A stretch of 63,986 nucleotides of DNA, counting the filler, from Blastocystis sp. subtype 4 (Eukaryota), in NCBI RefSeq assembly GCF_000743755.1. It is 3 parts of 3 records of this genome, joined end to end, with 100 filler letters (N's around TTAATTAATTAA, not from the genome) between each part and the next. Parts side by side here need not be neighbours in the genome. Positions count along the whole stretch, not along the records: positions 49,896 to 63,986 come from NW_014569279.1; 2 more parts are not named here. The stretch is one strand, 5' to 3'. Positions 52,854 to 63,986 of this stretch are shown piece after piece. Made by a program: the position numbers and the translations under genes. Under the pieces are notes generated by a model, which worked only from the letters and a program-made list of their open reading frames with translations, ran no database searches and was not told the DNA's origin. Within the stretch, counting starts at the first letter, position 1, and every line of letters starts with the position of its first letter.

Positions 52854-55046
52854 TTACAGATTCTTTAACATATATAAGCACTTTTCTAATTCTCCAATTG
52901 TTACTTCATCTCCACAGCTTTCCAACCACCGACGCTTGGAATTAACCACATCTAGTACATCATCATCACCACTGTTTTCAAGTTCCACCATACGCATCTC
53001 AATTTCTCCTTTCAAATCTTCAATACACTGTAACTCCATTTCTTTCTCTTCATCCAATGCTTCTTTCTTGATTGTCTCAATCATATCATCCGTCAATAAC
53101 ACACTATCCAACATTTCAATACGAACAGGAGCATTGCTTCCAACAACTGTAGCAGACGCAGAGAAAGCTCCATTGATATCAATCGAGAAAGTGATGCTAA
53201 TCATACTACGAATGTTATCATATACTGGAATATCCTTCGCCATTATCAGACCGATTTTTGCATTCTTTGCTACAAGATCACTGTTACCTTGATAGATGCA
53301 ACAACGCATACAATCTGGGTGATCCTTATTTGCAATATATGTCTTTGTACGAGAAACAGGAAGAGGTTGATTCCTTTCAATGATTACGTCCATATACTTG
53401 CCACGAACTCGAATACCCAGGTCCAGAGGAGTAGTTGGATGGATAGCCACATGAGCGAAAGGATGTGGAGGAACAGGAGGAGGAGCCATTGGTGGTACCT
53501 GCATTGGATCGACAGGAGGGATTGATGCTGATGGCATGGCAGGTTCAGGGTCTTGAGCTGAGACAGTCGAGACCTGGGGCTGTGTTGTAGTGGATTCAGG
53601 ATCAAACATAGAGCTGGTCCGAAGGGGAATTGACTTCACATCTTGTGCCAATTTATCACGAAGTGATCCAGGAGAGTGAGGATTTGGTGGAGTTGAAGGA
53701 ATCGCAGGCTTCTCTCCACGCCGCATCACAGGAGAAATGCCTGAAGGCGAGGATGAGGAATTGGAACGCTTCTGCATCTCTTGTGAAGGCATATGGATGC
53801 TAGGCTGATCTGGAAGAAACATTGTAGGCTCATTCCCGATCCGAGGACTAATGTTATTGTTAATAGGAGTAGGAGTTACAGGAACGGGCAATGGACCATC
53901 AGATATCAATGTTAATGCCTGAACAAGAGCACCACGACATACAACTTCACGGGGATCATATCCAGTAAGAATTCGTAGAGTAGGGAATACATTTAGAAGC
54001 TCTTTACGAATTAATGGAATGTATGAAGAACCTCCAACTAATGCAATTCCAGAAACAGTCCCAATTGAGACATTATATGTACTCATACAGTTTCGTACAA
54101 TCTCAATCGAACGAGTAATAGACTCACGAATAACATTCTCAAACTCTTCTCGAGTTATTGACAACTGATAATCTTCATCTCCATTATAACGTGATAAATC
54201 GAGATCCATTCGCGTACATTCCACAGATGATAATTCCATTTTGATATTTTCACAAAGAGAACGTAATTCGATCTCCAGGCGAGGGTTCTGACGACTATCA
54301 ATATTCTGATCGTGGAGAATCTTTGCTCGAGCCACACTCATCAATGCATTAGTGAAATCTGCACCTCCGAGACAAGGATCACCATCAGTAGCAATTACTC
54401 GGTAATCATTCACGGTTACCTCCAAGATTGAGATATCGAACGTACCACCTCCCATATCATATACTAATACACGACTGTTATCGATATTGGTTTGAATTGA
54501 AATGGCTACAGCAGCAGCAACAGGTTCATCCATAATTCGCAATACTTCAAGATTTGCAAATCGAGCTGCAACACGAATACACTTTCTCTGAGTATCGTTG
54601 AAGTTTGCAGGAACCGTAATGACCGCCTTCTCGAACTTCTCTCCAGTAGCATTTTCAGCCAATTGAACAAGATAGTTGAGGATCTTTGAGATAACATACT
54701 CAGGGTAATATCTTCTCCGCTTATCATTCACATAGAATTCAACTTGAACACGATGTTCCGAACCTTCCACAATATTGAATTGCCAAAGATTCTTCAGACG
54801 TTGGACAACCGCATCATCGTATCGGCAACCAACCACTCTCTTAATTTCGTAAATTGTGTTCTTGGGATACTTAGTTCTGAAGAAATTTGCTCCCGCACCA
54901 ACTTTTTCCTTCTCGCGAAAGCAAACAACTGAAGGAATGTTTGTATTACCAGACTCATCTTGAACAATCTTAATTTGCCCATGGAAGAGAAGAGCAACGG
55001 ATGAAAACGAAGTACCAAAATCAATTCCAAGCACGCGACCTTCCAT
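52854..55046 (-). CDS. Atypical Hsp70 with Pro/Ser-rich insertion
   Basis: GIDFGTSFS, VITVPANFND, YDMGGGTFD, LGGADF, LVGGSSYIP; single intronless ORF. Confidence 0.88.
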   Translation of the reverse strand: MEGRVLGIDFGTSFSSVALLFHGQIKIVQDESGNTNIPSVVCFREKEKVGAGANFFRTKYPKNTIYEIKRVVGCRYDDAVVQRLKNLWQFNIVEGSEHRVQVEFYVNDKRRRYYPEYVISKILNYLVQLAENATGEKFEKAVITVPANFNDTQRKCIRVAARFANLEVLRIMDEPVAAAVAISIQTNIDNSRVLVYDMGGGTFDISILEVTVNDYRVIATDGDPCLGGADFTNALMSVARAKILHDQNIDSRQNPRLEIELRSLCENIKMELSSVECTRMDLDLSRYNGDEDYQLSITREEFENVIRESITRSIEIVRNCMSTYNVSIGTVSGIALVGGSSYIPLIRKELLNVFPTLRILTGYDPREVVCRGALVQALTLISDGPLPVPVTPTPINNNISPRIGNEPTMFLPDQPSIHMPSQEMQKRSNSSSSPSGISPVMRRGEKPAIPSTPPNPHSPGSLRDKLAQDVKSIPLRTSSMFDPESTTTQPQVSTVSAQDPEPAMPSASIPPVDPMQVPPMAPPPVPPHPFAHVAIHPTTPLDLGIRVRGKYMDVIIERNQPLPVSRTKTYIANKDHPDCMRCCIYQGNSDLVAKNAKIGLIMAKDIPVYDNIRSMISITFSIDINGAFSASATVVGSNAPVRIEMLDSVLLTDDMIETIKKEALDEEKEMELQCIEDLKGEIEMRMVELENSGDDDVLDVVNSKRRWLESCGDEVTIGELEKCLYMLKNL

Positions 55047-55556
55047 TTTCTCTAACAAGGTAATTTGAGATTAACGGAAATGCCGCGGTATAGATGTGAA
55101 TAATCGCGGTGAAAGAAATACTGGTAATAACGAAACAATGATCTCCAAAACAAGATTATCAGTATATTTAGTGGATGTATGTAAGACTTGAGGAAGAATT
55201 ATTCGAGACCCTCAGATCACTGTAAACGCTTTCGGCTGATATGGGAATTTGCTTTCAGAGAAGAGAGCGTTAATTCCTCTGGATCCATCCGTAATATACA
55301 TACTTTCCAAACATATCTGACACTTTATGAACTAGACTCTCTATTTGATATTGCACTGGATGAACTCCATTTATTCTCACGTTGTATGTATAAATTAACC
55401 ATATTCCTGACTTTTGAAGAACTCTTTCTTTTCCATGTATCCATTATAGTAGTTTCATTATCATATCTTCAATAAGCCTCAACAAATGTTCACAAATATC
55501 CTTATGAAAGATTGCATTTTAAATATACTTGTACATATTGGACTGTGTACTCTTAA

Positions 55557-57080
55557 ATGAAATTTCAAATTGGAGACGTTTTTAATGGATGGAATATCAT
55601 TCGAACCATCTATGCGAATGACTATCGTGAGGTGTATGCAGGTGAGAATCTGTTTAGTTGTGTTACTTTAGTACTGGATTGTAACAACAAAGTGAAGGAG
55701 TATTACCTCATTATCCTACTCAAACCGGAAATTGATCATTCGTTCAATTTCAAGGCTTTTTCACCGGAGGATATGATTATCAATGCAATTCCAGAACTCC
55801 AATATCGTGATTTCCATGGTATCATCTTTGTTTGAGATGTGTAAGAAGGCAGGTGGTCCATGTGTTTATGCTGATGGTACTACTGAAAGTGGCTATGAAT
55901 ATAATTTCTTCGTTTGTGAAAACCTTGATCGAAATGTCATGAAGTACTTTTCAAATGAAGAAGGGACGATTCCAAGTACCGTCTATTTTAAACATGCTTC
56001 TCGAATGGTCTTATTATACTAATACAACTCATATGTAGTTCACCATTCTTCAGAAGTTCAAGGATCGTAGTAAGTGCCTCTATTCTGTGGGACCGTATGA
56101 TTTCTACGAAACTAATTCAAAAATAATCTCAAGTTGTCCACCTCGTATCTTTCTTCTTAATCAAGCTTTTTCACAAAGGTAAGTTCTGGTCACTCATTTC
56201 ATTCCAGAGACTCACTCAAATTTAATCACAAATTTGATTCAGTTTCAGTTATGAAAGGCAATGGTTGTTCTGCATTATCATTCTTATGTATAGAACCTAC
56301 CATTCGTGATAACTGTATTTCGTTTTGTTACATTCTCTATTTCTGGAGAACAGGTTCCCTCCCATGGTTGAACACGATGGATAAGGAAGAAGAGATTGTA
56401 CAGAAGATTGCTTTTATTGATACAGATTCAGCAACAGTGACGGCTGAACTAGGTATTCGAGAGATAAGGATTTGTTGTAGATTACATCCATTCTCTTTTA
56501 AAGCAGTTTACTAATAGTGATGAAGATATTAACTTCCCGAAAATCCGTCACGAATTCAAACTACTTGGTGGCGTTATTCTCGATGAATCATCCATCCTCA
56601 CGGATTCACCTACTGTTGGTCGTAATACTATCATATTAGGAATAGATAGAACGAGTGAGCGTTTCACCTAAACGTACTCCAACTCGGTATAATTTACGTG
56701 AGGCCATAGTTAGTGCTCGAGAACGAAATGAACTCGAGAAGGAACGTACAATTGCTCTGACCTTGCATATGCGAAAGGCTGCTGCTAAGAGAACCCCTGT
56801 GAAACGGTCTTCTTCGGAGCTTTCTCAGGTTAGTATGCCCGAGAAGGATCCATCAGAAATGATCGATACTTCTCAGAACAAAGAAATCATTTTCGAGAAT
56901 CCAGAGCAGGTTGACCAACTTCTGGACAAAGAAAAGGCACCTGAAGATCGATCAAAACGAAGAAGAATGTGAGAATTATGCAAATGGTTCAGATGTAGAT
57001 TGAACATGGTACGAAGTGTTGTTACTCCTTTCGTGGTGGGATCTGCAATCCTCCTAGGGAAGTATATCTTTGAGAACTGA
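55557..57080 (+). CDS. CK1/VRK-like pseudokinase with C-terminal hydrophobic tail
   Basis: YNFFVCENLD, TIRDNCISFCYILYFWRTGSLPW (CK1 subdomain IX-like); tail VVTPFVVGSAILLGKYIF. Confidence 0.55.
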
Positions 57081-57118
57081 TTTGTTTGTTAGTCCATTAT
57101 TCTTTCTTTCGGGGGTCA

Positions 57119-57526
57119 ATGGTATTCCCTTTTTATTCGAATTAGGAGTAGAGTGATTTGGCAAAACATACAATTCTCTTAACACAAGTTCAAGGACGCA
57201 GTTCAAGAACGTATGCTGATTTCCCAACTGTCACACAGTGTATGAGAGGTACAAACCAAGGTAACTCTTTGAGATATAGCTATTTGTGAGTCCTTTGTTG
57301 AGGAACTGAAAAGAATGAATCCTCATATGTCACACATTACTTATACAGTAAATGATATTTTCAATTATCTAGATTCCATGAATGAATGCAATCTTCTTGT
57401 GTATGATTTGGATATAGTTTTCATAAATCTAGGTTTGAACCATTGAAAGGTGGATACTGTGCTTTCGGTAAGGCTGGAATCAAGGGAAAGTTACTTCAAT
57501 ATCTCAACAGTGTAATCAAGATGTAA
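57119..57526 (+). CDS. ERH: Enhancer of rudimentary homolog
   Basis: HTILLTQ...SRTYADF, LKRMNP...ITYTVNDIFNYLD. Confidence 0.88.
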
Positions 57527-57553
57527 CTGTTTATTTGTTCAAGCAAACATCTG

Positions 57554-58386
57554 CTATTCTCTTTCCTGTGATGAGTTTTCCCTCCGGTATATCCTTCCAT
57601 GGTCAGTCAATGAATTAAGATCAAGAGACCATTTTTCCTTACAATTCGGGCAAACACCTTTTTCGGTACCATCATTATTTGATTCCATGCTCATTAGGGT
57701 TCGATAGGCACAACTATGATGAAGCCTGGCACCACAAGCATGAGGACAAGATAAACCCTATTCTAAGAAAATCCATGAAATAGTACTCCCACGACTGGAT
57801 CCATACATACAGGACACTCTGGATAGCCTACTTCCCTAATCAGCCAATTTCCCATTTCAGCAAGCAACCGAGGACCACCAATCACAGTTGTTCCATTTTC
57901 AGTAGACTAAAAGTCAACTTGGTAGTGAACACCAACATAACGAATGAGCCAATTGTGATCGAAGAAATATTGAACTACATCTTCCTTACCTCCTTGAAAT
58001 AAGGAAGTTGGGTCTATTACATCATCTCTATAAATCAGATTCAAAACACGATTTAACTGTTCCATTTGAGTTAGCAGATCTCGGAGCTGAGAAAGATAAC
58101 TAGAATTGAAGATATTAAGCTTAGTATACCCTTCAGGAAGTGAACTCTTCTTGGCGATCGCATCTACCACCTATTTTCGTTATAAAGATAATGCAAATAC
58201 TGTGTTTACATAACAGTAATAGTATTCACCGTCATCACAACTGATTTCTCGAATAGCAAATCCTAAACGATGTATTTTGGAGTTAATAAGTTCAACAACG
58301 GGTTCAAGCCGATAATCGCCTAAAAAGTCATAAAACAAGACTGTCCGAACACTCATACTCACGATTCAGTGCTGGTATTATTTCAT
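57554..58386 (-). CDS. NSMCE1: SMC5/6 subunit Nse1
   Basis: INSKIHRLGFAIR...YYCYVN, WLIR...GPRLLAEM, C-terminal RING-like CPVC...H.SC...CPNC. Confidence 0.7.
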
Positions 58387-58702
58387 TTTCTAATTCCCGT
58401 TTTGTTACAGCGTTTCGTGCCTACTGATTACGTTTCTACTTGAATGGTACAATGAGTATCTGTAAAAGGGATCTGTGATAAACACTATATAATGGAGAGT
58501 TCTCCGAATTCATTGATACGACAATCTGTTCTTTTCAAATAGCCGGAGAAACACCTGATGCTATTTTTCTTTAAGTTGATAGCTGCCAGTTTTTTCTTTT
58601 CATGTCTGGTTTATGCCCATACCAGTTTGAGTTCATCAGTGCAGTATAGTTGTCTTTTGATGATAAGTGTAGATCAGTAAGGAACTAGTAGATCCTAATA
58701 AT

Positions 58703-60295
58703 ATGACAACAGAGAATGTTTCACTGTCATCCTCTGACCGTGTTCTCATTCAATCGACAGTCCATGGAGTAGACAAATGGGTCATCCATTCACTGCATGC
58801 AAAGGAACCTGATATGATACTAGATCGATTCAGCTCGGTTTCAGCAATATCACCGGATGGAAACCATCTTATAGCTGTAGAAAGGAATATGCTGAGGGTA
58901 TTCGATACGACTACGAAAAGGTGTATCGGTTACCACAGTATTCCAGAAAACTGTGTAATTCATCGAGTAAAATGGAGTGATAATGGCAATGCTTATGGTG
59001 TTTCTACCCATGGAATTCTCCGATTTCAACTCGAAGATATGAATTCATTGCCTGTGATAGCAAACATTGATTTGTCCCTTGACGTGGAAGCGGTATATGA
59101 TATCCAGATTGATGAAAACTGTGAATTTTATGTTGTTCAAATGTTTGATGGGACTATGGAGAAGATGCAGTATGGAAAATTCAATTCTTCCCACTGCACC
59201 GTCAAAAGGGGTTGTGCAGCTTGTATTCTTCATCCCAATAACGGTTTCATCTCTGGTCATTCTCTTCTCATTTACTTGGAAAAAGAGGTTAGCAAATCTC
59301 CCACTTATACACTGTGTTCAGAATCGATAAGCGAAAATGGACCGGATCCAGGACCCAAATATCCACGTACCTTCGGTTCAGACATTGAAGATCATACTCC
59401 TATCTATCTTGTCCCTGATGATCAGGGTTCTTATGTAACAGTATGTACAAATAATGGGTGTTTTCTTTTGTTTGATGCTTTGAATGGAATTTGTATATTT
59501 ACGTTTATCTATGATTTCAGTAAGGTGATTGCTGTAACTCCCCATCCCAGTGGTGGTTTTATCTTCATGCGAGAGAATCAATTGACTATCATGCGAACAA
59601 CCCTTGATCCTCAATCAATCGTTTCTGCTTATGCTACTCTGCGGAATATAGATATTGAAGCATTTCATATGGCATGCCGTTTACAACTTGTCAGTCCGGA
59701 TTGTCGTTTCCTTTATCCATTGATTCAAGGACTGTATAAGAGTCAAAAGAAAGAGGCGATAGCCCAGTTCAAGATACTTGCAAAATCACTGACATTAATC
59801 GATTCGATGAAGATGATGTCCCTAATTGAACAGAATGCAACCTTGATTGCATTGAATAAGTTCCTGTGGAAACTCTATTCCAGTGGGAAACAGATTCAGT
59901 GGTTGAAAGAAATTGAGAACTGGTGTAATCAGCAATGTGAAACACCTTTACGAGAAACTCAAAGGGTCAAGGCAACGGAGCCTTCAAGGGGAACACCAGA
60001 TGTGATTAGTTTAGCGAATCAATTCAGGAGTGAAGGAGTCTCGCTTGAGAGTGATGCTGGAAAAGCAGTACTGAAGAAAATGTTTCCAGATCCATTCGAT
60101 CGTGTGAAGTATCGAACCCAAATCCGCAAATTAATGGAGGATATGGAAATGGAAGAGTACAAGAAACTAGCCGATCGAATGAAGGAAAAAGGCATTCAGG
60201 TGGAGGATGAGTATTGGATAGCGATTCTCGAAGAAATCTATGAAGATGAACAGAAACGAGAGACTGCAAACAAAGAAATTCGTCAGTTTATGTGA
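58703..60295 (+). CDS. Divergent clathrin heavy-chain terminal-domain-like protein, 530 aa
   Basis: SAISPDGNHLIA, RVFDTTTKR, VTVCTNNGCFLLFDALNGICIF, IVSAYATLRNIDIEAFHMACRLQL resemble the clathrin propeller and linker. Confidence 0.65.
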   Translation: MTTENVSLSSSDRVLIQSTVHGVDKWVIHSLHAKEPDMILDRFSSVSAISPDGNHLIAVERNMLRVFDTTTKRCIGYHSIPENCVIHRVKWSDNGNAYGVSTHGILRFQLEDMNSLPVIANIDLSLDVEAVYDIQIDENCEFYVVQMFDGTMEKMQYGKFNSSHCTVKRGCAACILHPNNGFISGHSLLIYLEKEVSKSPTYTLCSESISENGPDPGPKYPRTFGSDIEDHTPIYLVPDDQGSYVTVCTNNGCFLLFDALNGICIFTFIYDFSKVIAVTPHPSGGFIFMRENQLTIMRTTLDPQSIVSAYATLRNIDIEAFHMACRLQLVSPDCRFLYPLIQGLYKSQKKEAIAQFKILAKSLTLIDSMKMMSLIEQNATLIALNKFLWKLYSSGKQIQWLKEIENWCNQQCETPLRETQRVKATEPSRGTPDVISLANQFRSEGVSLESDAGKAVLKKMFPDPFDRVKYRTQIRKLMEDMEMEEYKKLADRMKEKGIQVEDEYWIAILEEIYEDEQKRETANKEIRQFM

Positions 60296-60319
60296 ACACT
60301 TGTTTGTTCATCATTAAGA

Positions 60320-61543
60320 ATGGGAGATCCAATTTCGAATCATGACGATGATGATAATGAAAAGACCATAATCTCACCTGCAAAGAGGAGAATGAGACTC
60401 ATCCATATGTTGAAGGTAGATGTCATTGCTATCGTTTTACTTCTAGATCATTGCATCAATTGCTCTATGGTATTCATTCTCAATTCTTGCTACAGTTGCC
60501 AACAAAACACTAATCATGGAAACAGATGGTGTTAATCCATTGACTCTCACCTTTTTCCATGTTCTTGTTGGATGTATTTGTGATTGTAAGAGTATATAGA
60601 TGTGGTTACTCATAGTTATCAACATGAGCATCTTTCATAGAAAAGAGTTTCTGTTCTATTATCGTCATTTCAGTATCTCCGATGTTGGCCGTTATGTGTT
60701 TCCTTTATCATTGGCAATGATGGGTGCTAAATACCTTACCTATAAATCATATGGAATGATTCCAGTGTCTCTTACACATACAGTAAAAGCATTACAACCA
60801 TTTTTCAATGTTCTCATTGTATTCCTTTGGACTGGGAATACGGTGGATATTCGGACTTTCCTCTCCTTATTTCCCATTATCATAGGTGTGTCATATGCCT
60901 CTGTGAAGGAGATCGAGTGGGTCGTTAGCTATTCGTTTCATCCTAGGTTTGAACTTGTTGGTTTCGTTTGTGCTTTATTATCTACGATTATTGGTGTTTG
61001 GCAAGGAATCTACCTAAAGATGCTAATGAGAACTGGACTTCAAAAGAATTTTGTAGCCACAAAATCGTTTAATTATAATCAGATTCATTTGTGCAATGCA
61101 ACCATTAGTAGCATTCTTCTCTTTCCTCTCGTGTTGTATATGGAGTATTCAAATTCCTCCTTTCATCATATCCATGTCAAGGGAGTTCTTTTAAGTGCAT
61201 TACTACAATATCTAAGTTCGATTTCGTCGTATTCTGTATTCAACAGGAAATCGTCTCACTATTAGGCAATGTATTTGTTATCATCTCTCTCATATTCGAT
61301 TGCGAGTACTTTTAAGAGGTTGAGCATTATTCTCATCACTTCTCTCATTTTCCATAAGAAACTGTCTACAGGGAATATATTTGGAATTACTACTGCGTCT
61401 ATCGGTAGTTAAGGTATATGGGATCAAGTGTAGGTGCAGTTCTTTATAATATTGCTAGTAAGAAGAGTAAACAAAGGCGAAGGCTTCCAGAATTAGGAGT
61501 AAAAAGAGACTTATGGACAACTGAGTTTGTCATTGTCAAATGA
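60320..61543 (+). CDS. Triose-phosphate/nucleotide-sugar transporter family (SLC35E1-like)
   Basis: IPVSLTHTVKALQPFF, YSIASTFKR, multiple TMs. Confidence 0.88.
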
Positions 61544-61618
61544 TTAGTTTAGTTTTTGTGGTGTCTTATTTGGGTGCTGACTATTTGTTAACCAATACTC
61601 TCTTTTCTAGTCATTATA

Positions 61619-63222
61619 ATGGATCATCCAAGCGATTCAGGATCCTCATGTCTTTTTATTGTTGCTCTGTTATGACTAGACGATAGTGACTTCAACTTGG
61701 ACCTTGATCAACTGTTTGGAGTAGATGTTGGTATTCACCTATAGATTGTATGATGCTCTTGTAGAGAATCAAGAGTATAGTTTCTTTGATTGCAAGAACT
61801 ATAGAGACGAACAAGGAGAACGTCAAGATAACGAACAAAATGAATCAGAATCCTCAGTAGGTAGCTATAATGATGAATCTTCCATCGGAGTTGAACAAAT
61901 AGAAATCAATCAAGAGGCATTGGATCATTCGTATTTGGCTGTTATTTCGAATCGTGATGGAGGTAACGATCATCTGGTTCATGATATTACAACGGAAGAA
62001 GTTATCAAACCAGAAGTCCATTCCATTTTCAACAATGCATGTATTATTCCTATAGATGTAATAATACTAATGACTTCCCATTCATAGGAAATGATCCCAA
62101 TGCCAGGAGATAGGATACCTTATGTAACAACGAATCCTACTGTTGTTCTCCTTCTTCTCCAATTGTTGGGATTACGATCTCAATCCGATGAGACAAAACT
62201 GCTTCCCTGTTTGATTGGATGTCATGATGATACTCCATTGGAATTACGTTATGGCTGTACTATCTCGTTAGAGAAGGCTCATTTCGTTTATCTTTATCTT
62301 TTATTTAATTTGTATAGGATGAATCTTCCTACTGTCTGGGAGTTGTGTTCAAATGTGACAGACGATGTATTGTGGAATCATACAAAGTGGATCCAATCAG
62401 TCGAACTGTTAATGGAGTGGTGGATGTTGATGCTTCGAATAAGGTCTAGGTACGAATACTCGATGAAATCTCACAACCAACAATCAAGTACCCTTCTTTT
62501 GTAGATAATTCTTATATAGCGAATCCGATTTGTAGGAGTGATTGAATTGGTTAAGAACAGTGAAGATGCCGATTATGGGAAGGGCTGCTTTTCTCAATCA
62601 GAATAATGACAACTATCAATATGAAGATATGGCAGTTAAGATCCTGAAGAAATCAAGCAATTACTACGTAGGAGTTGGAGTCGGTCTGAAATTGTAGTCA
62701 GAGCTCAGTACTCCAGATGTCTATAGGCTATTACCTTCGGACATGCAGGAATTGAGTTTCTTCGTTTGCCATCAAATGTTGACAAACTACGAGGAGGAAG
62801 CAGCTTTGTTTCGTTGTGAGACTGCAGAAGAACGATTGAAACAAGCGGAGTTGCTTTGCTGTGAGAAATCGGAATTGCTGTGTAAGTGTGGTCAAAAGTT
62901 GGGCTCATTTACCAATAATGAACGACTTAACATTTTTGGTGGAAATAGTGTGAAAGGAGTGTTTGTGAACCGATATGGCGCTTCTTTCAATGTAATGACG
63001 ACACGGATCCTCGAACACTATGCACGAGTAACTCCGCCTTCAGCCGAAGATACTTGGTTTCCGGGTTATACATGGCAAATAATTGTATGTGAAAATTGTA
63101 GTCATCACTTAGGATGGCTCTTTTCAACAGGTAGGATTGGGAGTGTGAATGGAAATATAGAGTTGGATCTTCATCCGAAACGGTTTTTCGGCGTTCCTCT
63201 ATCAGCTGTTCTTGTAAACTGA
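61619..63222 (+). CDS. CRBN: Cereblon-like protein with CULT domain
   Basis: FVNRYG, SAEDTWFPGYTWQIIVCENCSHHLGWLF. Confidence 0.85.
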
Positions 63223-63224
63223 AG

Positions 63225-63234
63225 TGTTTAAACA
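63225..63234. terminator. Palindromic element TGTTTAAACA
   Basis: Lies between convergent CRBN and TMEM128-like genes, 2 nt after the CRBN TGA. Confidence 0.6.
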
Positions 63235-63259
63235 ATCACACAAGAAATGAGAGAAGAAG

Positions 63260-63695
63260 TCAGCAATACACGAAAATCCAAGCAAAAAAATCGGAATGGT
63301 TAGAAGTCCCCAAACAGCCCAAAACGTTCTCACCAACCTTCATGATCAAACAAGATAGATTCTTACAGTATCACAAATAATACCATCACAACTGTCATTG
63401 TATATACAACATTCTAGACATTAAGATTTCCTTTTTCATTCACCGGACAATATGTCTCCCAATCCTCATGAATCTTCTTAATATATGGAAGATATATTGC
63501 TAAATACAGATATATGGAGTTTAGGATTCCAAAAAAGAAGAATGAGAGAGACAATGTAGGTCTACAAGATGTAATGAAATTGATATGATTACACTCCAAA
63601 TAGAGTATTCTCTTTAAGATGAGGTATAAAATCACTGCAATAAAGGATTGTTACGAATCCCAGATCTTTGACGACTTCCCAGAAGTCAATCATCA
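63260..63695 (-). CDS. Small membrane protein, TMEM128-like
   Basis: YLAIYLPYIKKIHEDWETYCP and FWAVWGLLTIP; ends uncertain. Confidence 0.55.
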
Positions 63696-63798
63696 TTTAT
63701 CTATCGCTTACGAGAATAAAAAACAAAAATACAGAGATCTTTTAAATGACACAAACAGTCAAACTCACAAAGTATCACATATATGAAACTTATACTTT

Positions 63799-63986
63799 TC
63801 ATTCTGTCGTTTCTTTCGCCTCACCCATTTCACTTTCCTTCGTATTACTTGCTTCAGTGGTTTCGTTGCTAAGCTCTATTCCTTCTTCTTTCACTTGGTT
63901 GCTTTCTTCCTTCAGTTCTTCACTTTCTGCTTTAATCTGAGCACTTTCTGTTTTCACTTCTCCACTCTCTCCCACCTTATCCTTCA
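63799..63986 (-). CDS. Glu/Lys-rich C-terminus of a gene extending beyond the window
   Basis: Open frame ...ESEELKEESNQVKEEG...AKETTE-TGA. Confidence 0.5.
   Translation of the reverse strand, partial: KDKVGESGEVKTESAQIKAESEELKEESNQVKEEGIELSNETTEASNTKESEMGEAKETTE

Noticed and set aside
1..63986. Alternative genetic code, CRISPR arrays, tRNAs, transposons
   Set aside because: In-frame stops are explained by short introns; no repeat-spacer array, cloverleaf or transposase was seen

Overview
Gene-dense eukaryotic DNA, most likely Blastocystis (inferred from ~25-40 nt GT-AG introns, very short intergenic gaps and a TGTTTGTT-like motif just after gene ends). It holds about 44 mostly spliced protein genes. 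Housekeeping genes include RPS3a, eIF5A, SNU13, PRP16, UFC1, exportin-T, RPL23, eIF3d, ERH, NSE1 and cereblon. Mitochondrion-related organelle genes include VDAC, an oxoglutarate/malate-type carrier, DAP3 and bL27m. There is also a bacterial-type aspartase, several degenerate enzyme homologues and one short 5S rRNA copy. The strongest signal is 3'-end architecture. Three genes (UFC1, a hypothetical protein, a BRCT protein) lack a suitably placed genomic stop and would gain UAA by polyadenylation. Many others place the T of their stop exactly 5 nt before the motif, and convergent genes share back-to-back or palindromic motifs. Gene spans include introns and were spliced by eye, so the starts are approximate. 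There are three assembly gaps.
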